This document shows positions 16,561 through 25,957 of a DNA stretch of 39,461 nucleotides, one piece after another. How positions within the stretch are numbered: position 1 is the first letter of the stretch; each line of letters begins with the position of its first letter. Source of the stretch: an uncultured Bacilli bacterium (lineage in GTDB: Bacteria > Bacillota_I > Bacilli_A > RFN20 > CAG-826); contig CAJOPR010000022.1 of the NCBI GenBank assembly GCA_905236395.1, positions 1 to 39,461 of the forward strand, written 5' to 3'. The position numbers and the translations under genes were made by a program. The notes beneath the pieces are model-generated. The model did no database searches and was not told where the DNA came from. It worked only from the letters and a program-made list of their open reading frames with translations.

Positions 16561-18966
16561 ATGTTTGAAAACAAAGCAGAATTTAAAAAAGCTTTTACCG
16601 AGCGCATGTTAGAGCGTTACGGCGTTTCTATTAAGGACAGCCATATCTCTGAGAGATATGCTATCTTAGGAGAAATGGTCAGAGACTACGCGAACGTGGA
16701 CTGGGGCAATACCAGAAATAAATCCATTAAACGTGACCAAAAGACTCTTATCTATTTCTCTATGGAATTCTTAATTGGTCGTTTACTCGTTAATAATATG
16801 CAAAATATGGGTATTTACGAAGTCGCTAAGGAAGGCCTTAAAGACTTAGGCATCAATATCCACGAATTAGAAGAACAAGAAAGTGATGCTGGTTTAGGTA
16901 ATGGTGGTTTAGGTAGACTCGCCGCTTGTTTCTTAGATAGCATCGCTTCATTAGGTTACTTAGGACATGGTAACTGTATCCGTTACCAATATGGTTTCTT
17001 TAGACAAAGAATCATTGATGGAAAACAAAAAGAGTTCCCAGATCAATGGTTAACAAACGGAAACGTTTGGGAAATCAGACGTCCCAAGTACGAAGTAGAA
17101 GTCAAATTCTATGGAAATCCTGAGACTTATTTAAAACCAGATGGTAGTTATGCGATTAGAACCGCGAATGCATTAGTCGTCCGTGCTGTTCCATACGATG
17201 TCCCAGTTGTCGGCTATCGTAACCACGTCACTAACTCTTTGAGACTTTGGTCCGCAGAACCAACCACTCACCATTTACCAAAAGACATTTCCTTTAACGA
17301 TTACCTTAGAGCGTTAGAAGAATTATGTCATGGTCTATATCCAGATGATTCCACAGAACAAGGACGTATCTTAAGACTCAGACAACAATACTTCTTAGTG
17401 TCCTCTGGTATTCAATGCACATTAAAGAGCTATTATAAGCACCATAAGACCTTAAAAGGTATTCATGAACACTACGTGTTCCAATTAAACGATACACATC
17501 CTATTTTAGCCATTCCAGAAATGATGAGAGTTATGATGGATGAATACGGCATGGGTTGGGATGAATCCTGGGAAGAAGTCAAACAATGTATGGCGTTCAC
17601 TAACCACACAGTTATGCCTGAAGCGTTAGAGAAGTGGCCAGTTAACTATGTCCAAAACTTAATCCCACGTTGTTTCATGATTATCGAAGAAATCAACCGC
17701 AGATTTAATATCCAAATGACCGCATTAGGTGTTAACGATGGTGAAAGATATGCGATGAACATCGTCAAAGATGGTCAAATCCATATGACAAACCTCGCTA
17801 TCTATACCGCCTTCTCCGTCAATGGTGTTGCGGCATTACATACAGAAATCTTAAAAGCAGTTACATTTAAAGACTTCTATAAATACATGCCTGAGAAGTT
17901 CAATAACAAGACCAATGGTGTTACCCATCGTAGATGGCTTATTAATGCTAACCCAGAATTAGCGAAATTAATCTCTTCTAAGATTGGTGAATCTTGGATT
18001 ACCAATATGGAGAAGATTAAAGGCTTTGAAAAGTACAAAGATGATAAAGAAGTCTTAAAGGCTTTAGGTAAGATTAAACTCGATAACAAGAAAGCCTTAG
18101 CTAAATACATTAAGGAGAGCTTGGATATTGATGTCAACGTGAATTCCATCTTTGATGTGCAAATTAAGCGTCTACACGCCTATAAACGTCAATTACTCAA
18201 TATCTTCCACATCATCTATCTCTACCAGAGAATGAAGAGTGATCCAAGCTTTAGAATTTATCCACGTACATTTATCTTTGGTGCGAAAGCAGCACCTAGC
18301 TATGTGTATGCGAAGAAGATTATCGAATTAATTATTGCTGTCGCAAATATCATTAATAACGATGACGATATCTCTAGATACTTAAAAGTCGTTTTCGTAG
18401 AAAATTATGGTGTCTCTTTGGCGGAATTAATCATTCCTGCAGCGGATGTCTCCGAACAAATCTCCACAGCTGGTAAAGAAGCTAGTGGTACATCCAACAT
18501 GAAACTCATGATGAATGGTGCGGTGACATTAGGCACAATGGATGGTGCGAATATTGAAATCGCTGAATGCGCTGGTGAAGAAAACGAAGTTATCTTCGGC
18601 CTCAGAAATAACGAAGTTGAAGAACTTAACCGTAATGGTTCCTATAATCCATGGGATATCTATAACGGTGATTACCGTGTTAAGAACGTTCTCGATTCCT
18701 TATTCTCTGGCGAATGGACTAACTACAAGCCAGATAAGTTCAGAATGATCTTCGATGAAATTATGAATAACCATGATAGTTATTACATTCTCAAAGACTT
18801 TGATAGTTATGTGAAAGCCCAAGAAAAAGTGGAGAAACTCTACAAAGATAAGATGGGCTGGCAACGTATGTGTTTGATGAATATCGCCAATAGTGGAAAG
18901 TTCACCAGCGATAGAACAATCAAACAATACGCCGAAGAAATCTGGCACTTACAAAAGGTTAAATAA
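16561..18966 (+). CDS. glgP: Glycogen/maltodextrin phosphorylase (GT35)
   Basis: GLGNGGLGRLAACF, LNDTHP, KRLHAYKRQ, EASGTSNMK (PLP lysine). Confidence 0.97.
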   Translation: MFENKAEFKKAFTERMLERYGVSIKDSHISERYAILGEMVRDYANVDWGNTRNKSIKRDQKTLIYFSMEFLIGRLLVNNMQNMGIYEVAKEGLKDLGINIHELEEQESDAGLGNGGLGRLAACFLDSIASLGYLGHGNCIRYQYGFFRQRIIDGKQKEFPDQWLTNGNVWEIRRPKYEVEVKFYGNPETYLKPDGSYAIRTANALVVRAVPYDVPVVGYRNHVTNSLRLWSAEPTTHHLPKDISFNDYLRALEELCHGLYPDDSTEQGRILRLRQQYFLVSSGIQCTLKSYYKHHKTLKGIHEHYVFQLNDTHPILAIPEMMRVMMDEYGMGWDESWEEVKQCMAFTNHTVMPEALEKWPVNYVQNLIPRCFMIIEEINRRFNIQMTALGVNDGERYAMNIVKDGQIHMTNLAIYTAFSVNGVAALHTEILKAVTFKDFYKYMPEKFNNKTNGVTHRRWLINANPELAKLISSKIGESWITNMEKIKGFEKYKDDKEVLKALGKIKLDNKKALAKYIKESLDIDVNVNSIFDVQIKRLHAYKRQLLNIFHIIYLYQRMKSDPSFRIYPRTFIFGAKAAPSYVYAKKIIELIIAVANIINNDDDISRYLKVVFVENYGVSLAELIIPAADVSEQISTAGKEASGTSNMKLMMNGAVTLGTMDGANIEIAECAGEENEVIFGLRNNEVEELNRNGSYNPWDIYNGDYRVKNVLDSLFSGEWTNYKPDKFRMIFDEIMNNHDSYYILKDFDSYVKAQEKVEKLYKDKMGWQRMCLMNIANSGKFTSDRTIKQYAEEIWHLQKVK

Positions 18967-18968
18967 TT

Positions 18969-19463
18969 ATGGCGAAAATCGAACTTGAAGAACTATTCAA
19001 AGCGCAAGCGGAATTAGACGCCACAATAGCGAAAAACCATAACATCAGTTACGCCACCACAAGACATAGAAGAATCATGGCTTGTCTAGTGGAAATTGGC
19101 GAACTCGCTAACGCCACAAGATGTTTCAAATATTGGTCTAATAAAGGCCCAGATGCTGATGATGTTGTCCTCGCCGAATTTGCTGATGGACTACATTTCT
19201 TCCTCTCATTAGGTGTGGATATTAAAACTTCTAAAAGAAGTTATAATCTCACCAAACATATGGATAACGCGACCGACCAATTCTTAGAAGTCTATCATCG
19301 TCTAGATCAATATCGTAAAAAACAAGATGATAAGACATTCATCAAAGCGTTCCAATCATTCCTTAATTTGCTTCCATTATTAGGTTATAGATGGAAACAA
19401 TTAAGAGAGGCATATTATAAAAAACTTGGCGTCAATTATAACCGCCAAGAAACTAATTATTAA
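18969..19463 (+). CDS. Dimeric all-alpha dUTPase family protein
   Basis: VEIGELANATRCFKYWS, EFADGLHFFLS, YYKK..VNYNRQ. Confidence 0.85.
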   Translation: MAKIELEELFKAQAELDATIAKNHNISYATTRHRRIMACLVEIGELANATRCFKYWSNKGPDADDVVLAEFADGLHFFLSLGVDIKTSKRSYNLTKHMDNATDQFLEVYHRLDQYRKKQDDKTFIKAFQSFLNLLPLLGYRWKQLREAYYKKLGVNYNRQETNY

Positions 19464-19480
19464 TAGTTAGAAATAATTTA

Positions 19481-19912
19481 TTAAAGTAGGGTATCAATCT
19501 CGTCTTCTGAAAGGACAGTGATACCTTTTATTTTTAAGAGTTCTGCAGTAACTCCCATACCATCTTTTAACTTGTGAGAGAAGGTTCCATCGTAGATTTT
19601 ATGTGTGCCACAAGATGGGGAATTTTCTTTTAAGATTGCCACTTTAATTCCGAGGTATAGACAGATGTTTAAAGCGAGCTCCGCACCGGTATCAAATGCT
19701 TTCGTAACGTCTTTACCGTTATCCATTTTGATACGATCTTTGACTCTTTCACTTGGGTGTCTAGGTGAAGGTAAACCGCCTTCCATCTCAGGACAGAAGG
19801 GCACTAATTCATACTTTTCAAGTAAGAGTTTAACTTTTTCATTATAGTTGCTCTTACCATCGTATTTGGTTTTATCACCAACTAGACATGCGGAGATTAA
19901 AATCTTTTCCAT
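19481..19912 (-). CDS. DUF523 family protein (2-thiouracil desulfidase TudS-like)
   Basis: SACLVG, CPEMEGGL, KENSPSCG, YDGTF, G.GVTA. Confidence 0.9.
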   Translation of the reverse strand: MEKILISACLVGDKTKYDGKSNYNEKVKLLLEKYELVPFCPEMEGGLPSPRHPSERVKDRIKMDNGKDVTKAFDTGAELALNICLYLGIKVAILKENSPSCGTHKIYDGTFSHKLKDGMGVTAELLKIKGITVLSEDEIDTLL

Positions 19913-19970
19913 AAACCGTAAATATTCTATATTTCAGGACAAACTTATTCAAGTTATATATAATTATGGC

Positions 19971-20615
19971 ATGGCAAATAATGAATTCATTTATATTTAT
20001 AAAGGAATTGAATATCCCGTTATCGTTACTCGTAAGAGAATGAGAAGTATCAGATATACCTACAAAGACGGTGTTTTTAAGGTAAGTGCACCTTATATGT
20101 TTGTCACGCAAGCCAAGATTGTACAGGGCTTAGATAAGTTCGCTGATAAGCTCATTAAAGCGGATGCGAGAAGCATAGCTTCTGGAAGCGATTTTATCTA
20201 TATCTTAGGTACACGTGTGCCCTTACAGGAATCTGGTGAGATCAAATTCACTGATGGTAGCGTTATCCAATATAAAGATCGAGCGGATCTAGATAAGAAA
20301 TTAAAGAAATGGTTTCTTCCCTACATCACAAACCGTGTGAGATATTATGAACAGGTAATGGAGATTAAAAAGCCATACAGCGTTCATGTGAGAAAGATGA
20401 CCACGAGATATGGAAGCAATTCTTCACAAACTCATTCATTATCATTCTCGATGATTTTACTCCATTATTCACGTGAAGTTATCGACTCCGTAATTGTCCA
20501 TGAACTTGCACATGACAAGGTCAGAGACCACTCAAAGAAGTTCTATGATGTAGTTTATAAATATTGCCCTGATTACAAGGCGTTACATAAGAGATTGAGA
20601 AAGGGAGAATTCTAA
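19971..20615 (+). CDS. YgjP/DUF45 family zinc metalloprotein
   Basis: KMTTRYGSN, VIVHELAH, HSKKFY. Start moved to ATG 19971 because the longer ORF overlaps DUF523. Confidence 0.85.
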   Translation: MANNEFIYIYKGIEYPVIVTRKRMRSIRYTYKDGVFKVSAPYMFVTQAKIVQGLDKFADKLIKADARSIASGSDFIYILGTRVPLQESGEIKFTDGSVIQYKDRADLDKKLKKWFLPYITNRVRYYEQVMEIKKPYSVHVRKMTTRYGSNSSQTHSLSFSMILLHYSREVIDSVIVHELAHDKVRDHSKKFYDVVYKYCPDYKALHKRLRKGEF

Positions 20616-21334
20616 TGGTTAAGTATATTGAAAGCAAAGAAAACAATAAGATTAAACACGCTGCCAGTTTAAAAGAAAGTAAATACCGTAAAGAGTACGG
20701 CGAATTTCTCGCTGAAGGCAAAAAAGCATTAGAGCTAGCACTTAGTGCTAAGAATGTAAAAGAAATATTCACCTTAAAAGCTTTAGAAAACATCCCAAAT
20801 GATATTACTCAATATGTAGTAAAACCAGATCTTTTAAAGAAGATTTCTCTTACCGGTTCTCCAGAAGGAATCGTCTTTGTTAGTCAGATAGTGGAACGCA
20901 AGCCAAAAAGACTTAATAAAGTAGTGTATCTCGACCATGTGAATGATCCAGGTAATGTGGGCACGATTATGAGAACCGCATTGGCGTTTTCTTATGATGC
21001 AATTATCTTGTCTGAAGGTAGCTGTGATCCATATAACGAGAAGGTTGTTTCTGCGAGTAAAGGTGCTATCTTCCAACTCCCAATATTACGTGCTGAATTA
21101 AGTGAATTCTGCAAAGATAAAACAGTCATTGTTTCTGCTTTGAACGATAAAGCAAAAGACTTAAAAGAGTTAGAAACTCCAAAATCATTTATCCTTGTTG
21201 TGGGTAATGAAGCTTCTGGTGTTTCTAAAGAGACATTAGAAAGTGCAGATATTGTCACAAAAATTGATATTAATAATATAGATTCCTTGAATGTCGCTGT
21301 TGCAGCGGGCATATTAATGAACCATTTGCGTTAA
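20615..21334 (+). CDS. TrmH/SpoU family RNA methyltransferase
   Basis: DPGNVGTIMRTA, VGNEASGV, DSLNVAVAAGI. Confidence 0.92.
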   Translation: MVKYIESKENNKIKHAASLKESKYRKEYGEFLAEGKKALELALSAKNVKEIFTLKALENIPNDITQYVVKPDLLKKISLTGSPEGIVFVSQIVERKPKRLNKVVYLDHVNDPGNVGTIMRTALAFSYDAIILSEGSCDPYNEKVVSASKGAIFQLPILRAELSEFCKDKTVIVSALNDKAKDLKELETPKSFILVVGNEASGVSKETLESADIVTKIDINNIDSLNVAVAAGILMNHLR

Positions 21335-21427
21335 TAAAAACGAAATATACCATTTTCATATTTAAAAATATGCACACTATGATATAATCACTTTACGTGT
21401 GTAAATTTGATGTAGGAGTAAATGCTT

Positions 21428-22465
21428 ATGAAAAATGAAAAATTAAAAGCAATTCTCGATGAAGCGTTAGAAAACATTCGTAATGCCTTAGAACTAGAAG
21501 ATATTAACGAACGTAGAAACCGCTATCTAGGTAAAAAGAGTGAACTAGCCTCTATGGGTAGTCAAATCGCTACTTTACCACCAGAAGAAAAGAAAACTTT
21601 TGGTCAAGAAATGAATGAAGTTAGAACTAAGATTGCCGAAGCTATTGAAGCCCGTATGGCGGCTATCAAAGCTAAAGCTTTAGAAGCTAAGCTTAAGAGA
21701 GAAACAATCGATATTTCTCTTCCTGGTAGAAATGAAACATTAGGTGCTAGGAATCCATTCTATATCGTTAAAGACGAGATGACTGAGATCTTCTTAGGCA
21801 TGGGTTTTGAAGTGGCTGATGGACCAGAAATTGAAACCGATATGTTTAACTTCGAACTTTTAAATATTCCAAAAGACCATCCTGCAAGAGATATGCAAGA
21901 TACTTTCTACATCGATGAGAACACGTTATTAAGAACACATACTTCCCCAGTTCAAGCGAGAACAATGGAAAAAGCCAAAGGCGCTCCAATAAGAATCATT
22001 TGTCCTGGTAAGACCTATCGTAGAGATGATGACGATGCTACGCATTCTCATCAATTCGCTCAAATTGAAGGTCTTGTTATCGATAAAGGTATCAACATTG
22101 GACACTTAAAAGCGACATTAGAGTTATTCGCGAAAAAGATGTTCGGTGAAAAGAGAGAAATTCGTTTAAGAAGTTCTTACTTCCCATTCACAGAACCTTC
22201 TGTGGAAGTTGATATTACCTGCGCTAATTGCGGTGGCAAAGGCTGCAATATGTGTAAAGGTACTGGATATATTGAAATCCTTGGTGGTGGTATGGTTCAC
22301 CCCAACGTTTTAAAGATGAATGGATACGATCCAGAAGTCTATAGTGGCTTTGCTTTTGGTATTGGTATTGAAAGAGTGGCCATCCTTAGATATGGCATTG
22401 ATGATATCCGTAAATTCTATAACAATGATGTAAGATTCTTACATCAATTCAAGAAGAAAGACTAA
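21428..22465 (+). CDS. pheS: Phenylalanine-tRNA ligase alpha subunit
   Basis: [40 protein letters not shown] 21428 has the better spacing from AGGAG 21414-18 (alternative 21422). Confidence 0.97.
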   Translation: MKNEKLKAILDEALENIRNALELEDINERRNRYLGKKSELASMGSQIATLPPEEKKTFGQEMNEVRTKIAEAIEARMAAIKAKALEAKLKRETIDISLPGRNETLGARNPFYIVKDEMTEIFLGMGFEVADGPEIETDMFNFELLNIPKDHPARDMQDTFYIDENTLLRTHTSPVQARTMEKAKGAPIRIICPGKTYRRDDDDATHSHQFAQIEGLVIDKGINIGHLKATLELFAKKMFGEKREIRLRSSYFPFTEPSVEVDITCANCGGKGCNMCKGTGYIEILGGGMVHPNVLKMNGYDPEVYSGFAFGIGIERVAILRYGIDDIRKFYNNDVRFLHQFKKKD

Positions 22466-22485
22466 GAGAAAGCGAGGAAATAACT

Positions 22486-24882
22486 ATGTTAGTAAGTTTA
22501 AAAGAAGTGAAAAAATACGTTTCTTTAGACGGTTTAACCGCTGAAGAGATTGCTAATGGTTTGACATTCGCTGGTATCGAAGTCGAAGAAATTAGAAGAT
22601 TAGCTAGTGGCACAAATCTTGTCATTGGTGAAATTAAAACTTGTGTGGCTCACCCAGATAGTGATCACCTCCACATTTTAAATGTTGATTTAGGTGAAAA
22701 ATATGGTGTCGAGCAAATCGTCTGTGGTGCGCCTAACGCACGCGCTGGCTTAAAAGTTATCGTGGCCCGTGTGGGTGCGAAGCTTCCTGGTGGCGAGATT
22801 AAAGCAGGTGTTATCCGTGGACAATCCTCTAACGGCATGTGCTGTTCCTTATTAGAACTTGGTGTAGACAGTAAGTATCTTACTGAATACCAACAATCTG
22901 GTATTGAAGAACTACCAGAAGACGCACCTGTTGGTGAAGAAGATGTCCTAGGATATTTAGGTTTAGATGACGAAGTCTTGAACTTAAAGGTTTTGGCCAA
23001 CCGTCCTGATTTATTATCTATTTATAATGTCGCACGCGAGATTGGTGCGATCTTTGATAGAGAAGTAGAAATCCCAGAGCCAGAAGAGATCGTGGATTTT
23101 GATAGCAAATTAATCGTTGGTTCTAAGACCGATAAGTGCACGCAATTCTCCGGTAAAGAAATTAGAAACATCACCGTTAAAGAATCTCCAAAATGGATGA
23201 AAGACGCTTTGATGGCGATGGGTATTAGAAGCATCAACAATATCGTAGATATTGGTAACTATGTCATGCTCATGACAGGTCAACCATTACATATGTATGA
23301 TGCTGATAAATTACCACATGAAGATTTAATCGCTAGAGATAACTATGAAGGCGATTTCGTCGCTTTAGATGAAAAGACCTATAAAGTCATTCCTGGAGAT
23401 ATCGTGATCACCAGCAATAAGAAACCAATGTGTTTAGGTGGTGTCATGGGTGCTCTTGAATGTGCGGTTGATGAAAACACCAAGAACATCTATATCGAAG
23501 CCGCTTCCTTTGACGGAGCGACCATCCGTCATACATCCTCTAGACTTGGCTTAGCTAGTGAATCTAGTTCTAGATTCGTGAAGGGCACAAATCATTTCCA
23601 ATATGAAAGAGTCCTTAACTTAGCGGCAGAATTAATTAGAGACTTATGCGATGGTGAAGAATTCTCTGATATCATCACTTATCAAAGTGAAAAATATGAA
23701 GATAAGAAGATTTCATCTTCTGTGGAAAGAATTAACGGTAGATTAGGTACCGAATTCTCTCCAAAAGAAATCAGAGATGTTTTAGAGAGATTACATTTCA
23801 AAGTGATGATGGGTGATGCTTCCTTTGTCGCAGTAGTCCCATCATGGAGACTTGATGTCACATGTGACGCTGATTTAAGCGAAGAAGTCATCAGACTATT
23901 AGGCTTTGAAAATGTTAAATCTAAACTCCCATGTTTAGACACCAAATTAGGTGCTTTAACACAAGAACAAAATAGACTCAGAAATATCCGTTTCTATTTA
24001 TTAGATAAAGGCTTAGATGAATGTGTTACCTACTCCTTGATCAGCAAAAAGGAGCAAGATTTATTTAATTTATTAAATAATGAAGAACATTATGTCATCT
24101 TAAATCCTCTCACTGATGAAAGAGAAGTATTTAGAACTCACATTCTCCATTCCTTACTCAAAGTGGCTACTTATAACGTCGCTAGACAGAATAAGAATTT
24201 AGCCTTATTTGAATCCGCTCACATGATGAGCAAATCCTCTTCATCCACTCACTTAGTCATCCTCTTAGTGGGCAAAGAAGAAAGAAGAGGCAGTATGGAA
24301 GGCATTTCTTATGACTTCTACCACATGAAAGGTTTAGTGGAAGGCATCTTTGCGATGTTAGGTATTGAATCCTCACGTTACAAATTCGAAAGATGCAAAG
24401 ATCACCTTGAAGAATTGCATCCTGGAAAATCCGCGGAAATTATCTTCCAAAACCAAGTCATCGGTAAGTTCGGTGAGCTCCATCCAAACCAAATTTCTGC
24501 CTATGATTTAGGCAAGACCAGCGCAGTGGTTTTAGAAATGAATCTAGATTCATTACTAAGCGCTAAGGTTTCAACCACAAAAATGACTCCAATTTCCAGA
24601 TTCCCAAGCGTCTCTCGTGACCTCGCTTTATTGGTGGATAAATCAGTTGTCGCAAAAGACTTGATTAAGACCATCAAAGTGACTGGAAAAGGTATTGTTA
24701 CTGATGCAGAAGTCTTCGATGTTTACGAAGGTGAAAACCTCGCATTCAACAAGAAATCTATCGCTATCAGTGTCACTTATTCCAGTGATGATCACACATT
24801 GACCGATAAAGAAATCGTGGAAGTGGAAAATCGCATCAAATTTGAACTCACCAAACAACATAACGCTGAGCTCAGAATGTAA
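22486..24882 (+). CDS. pheT: Phenylalanine-tRNA ligase beta subunit
   Basis: IVCGAPN, NRPDLLS, INNIVDIGNY, GQPLH, RFPSVSRDLA. Confidence 0.97.
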   Translation: MLVSLKEVKKYVSLDGLTAEEIANGLTFAGIEVEEIRRLASGTNLVIGEIKTCVAHPDSDHLHILNVDLGEKYGVEQIVCGAPNARAGLKVIVARVGAKLPGGEIKAGVIRGQSSNGMCCSLLELGVDSKYLTEYQQSGIEELPEDAPVGEEDVLGYLGLDDEVLNLKVLANRPDLLSIYNVAREIGAIFDREVEIPEPEEIVDFDSKLIVGSKTDKCTQFSGKEIRNITVKESPKWMKDALMAMGIRSINNIVDIGNYVMLMTGQPLHMYDADKLPHEDLIARDNYEGDFVALDEKTYKVIPGDIVITSNKKPMCLGGVMGALECAVDENTKNIYIEAASFDGATIRHTSSRLGLASESSSRFVKGTNHFQYERVLNLAAELIRDLCDGEEFSDIITYQSEKYEDKKISSSVERINGRLGTEFSPKEIRDVLERLHFKVMMGDASFVAVVPSWRLDVTCDADLSEEVIRLLGFENVKSKLPCLDTKLGALTQEQNRLRNIRFYLLDKGLDECVTYSLISKKEQDLFNLLNNEEHYVILNPLTDEREVFRTHILHSLLKVATYNVARQNKNLALFESAHMMSKSSSSTHLVILLVGKEERRGSMEGISYDFYHMKGLVEGIFAMLGIESSRYKFERCKDHLEELHPGKSAEIIFQNQVIGKFGELHPNQISAYDLGKTSAVVLEMNLDSLLSAKVSTTKMTPISRFPSVSRDLALLVDKSVVAKDLIKTIKVTGKGIVTDAEVFDVYEGENLAFNKKSIAISVTYSSDDHTLTDKEIVEVENRIKFELTKQHNAELRM

Positions 24883-24883
24883 T

Positions 24884-25375
24884 ATGAAAATTAATCGTGC
24901 TTTACTCACAAATGGGGTATCTCAAAAGTATGAAGAAGAGATAGATTTTTCCTCTGTCTCTTTTGATCCAACTCATATCAAAAGCATCCCTTCTTGTGTG
25001 GTTAAAGCCACAGCTACAGACTATGAATCTATTCTACGAATAGAAGTAGAGATAAATGCCTTAGTCATCGGTGTTTGTGCTTATAGTTTAGAAGATGTTG
25101 AATTGAAGCTTAAAATCAAAGATGAATTGAACTTCACAGATGATCCAGAAGACGAGGATAATTACTACGAAAAAGGTAACATTATTGACCTTGATAGTTA
25201 CATCCTTGGAATCTTACTTGCAAACATCCCGGTGAAGATAGTCAAAAAGAACGCGAAACTTCCAGAAAGTGGTAAAGAATATCGCATTCTCAGCGAAGAG
25301 GAATATGTCAAAGAAAAAGAAAATTCCACAGATCATCGTTGGGATATTTTAGACAGTGTCGAAACTGAAGACTAA
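24884..25375 (+). CDS. YceD/DUF177 family protein
   Basis: CAYSLE, IIDLD, C-terminal DHRWDIL. ATG directly follows the pheT stop. Confidence 0.75.
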   Translation: MKINRALLTNGVSQKYEEEIDFSSVSFDPTHIKSIPSCVVKATATDYESILRIEVEINALVIGVCAYSLEDVELKLKIKDELNFTDDPEDEDNYYEKGNIIDLDSYILGILLANIPVKIVKKNAKLPESGKEYRILSEEEYVKEKENSTDHRWDILDSVETED

Positions 25376-25401
25376 TAGAACACATAGTGTTATATCATAG
25401 C

Positions 25402-25437
25402 AAAGTCCGAAAATAATTAATTCGGGCTTTTCTTTTT
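25402..25437 (+). terminator. Intrinsic terminator after pheST-yceD
   Basis: AAAGTCCGAA...TTCGGGCTTT followed by TCTTTTT. Confidence 0.75.
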
Positions 25438-25458
25438 AATTTTTCTTTAAAAAATACC

Positions 25459-25488
25459 TTGCGCTATATATAGCAAAATCTCTATAAT
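25459..25488 (+). promoter_or_regulatory. Sigma-A promoter of the mraZ operon
   Basis: TTGCGC-18 nt-TATAAT. Confidence 0.7.
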
Positions 25489-25496
25489 GGTAGTAC

Positions 25497-25527
25497 AAGT
25501 GGAAGAAAGTGGTAGAAAGTGGTAGAA
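25497..25527 (+). promoter_or_regulatory. MraZ binding repeats, three AAGTGG(A/T)AGA units at 10-bp period
   Basis: aagtggaaga aagtggtaga aagtggtaga directly before the mraZ ATG, matching the known GTGG boxes. Confidence 0.88.
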
Positions 25528-25956
25528 ATGTTTTTCGGAAGTTTCGTTCATAATCTCGATAATAAAGGACGTCTCGTCATCCCAAGCAAGATGAGAGATG
25601 AACTTGGCGCTAAAGCATATATCCTAAAAGGATATGATGGTGCTTTATCCATTTATAAAGAAGCTGACTTTGTCGCTTTAATGGAAGAAGTTAAATCTCT
25701 TCCATTCACAAAGAGAAATGCTCGTGCTCATTTAAGAGTGCAATTAGCATCTGTTTGTGAACTTGATATCGACAAACAAGGTCGTGCTTTACTTCCAACA
25801 CAACTATTAAACAAATACAAAATTGGCAAAGAAGTAATCGTCATCGGTGCTTTAGACCATATTGAAGTCTGGAACAGAAGCGATTACGAAGCATATGAAA
25901 AAGCTGCTGATTCTTCATTCGAAGATATCGCTGAAGAATTAGAAGATAACGACTAA
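25528..25956 (+). CDS. mraZ: Division/cell wall cluster transcriptional regulator MraZ
   Basis: MFFGSFVHNLDNKGRLVIP, DKQGR, IEVW. Confidence 0.95.
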   Translation: MFFGSFVHNLDNKGRLVIPSKMRDELGAKAYILKGYDGALSIYKEADFVALMEEVKSLPFTKRNARAHLRVQLASVCELDIDKQGRALLPTQLLNKYKIGKEVIVIGALDHIEVWNRSDYEAYEKAADSSFEDIAEELEDND

Positions 25957-25957
25957 T

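Noticed and set aside
18969-19463. Dimeric dUTPase as a prophage remnant
   Set aside because: No phage genes nearby, and it is tightly coupled to glgP in a housekeeping context.
19848-19970. 41-aa N-terminal extension of the YgjP-like ORF
   Set aside because: Overlaps DUF523 on the opposite strand, and a -10 box sits just before ATG 19971.
22219-22260. CxxC...CxxC insert in PheS
   Set aside because: Common in Bacillota PheS, so not novel.
25497-25527. 10-bp repeats as a CRISPR array or iterons
   Set aside because: No spacers, cas or rep genes. Fully explained as MraZ boxes.
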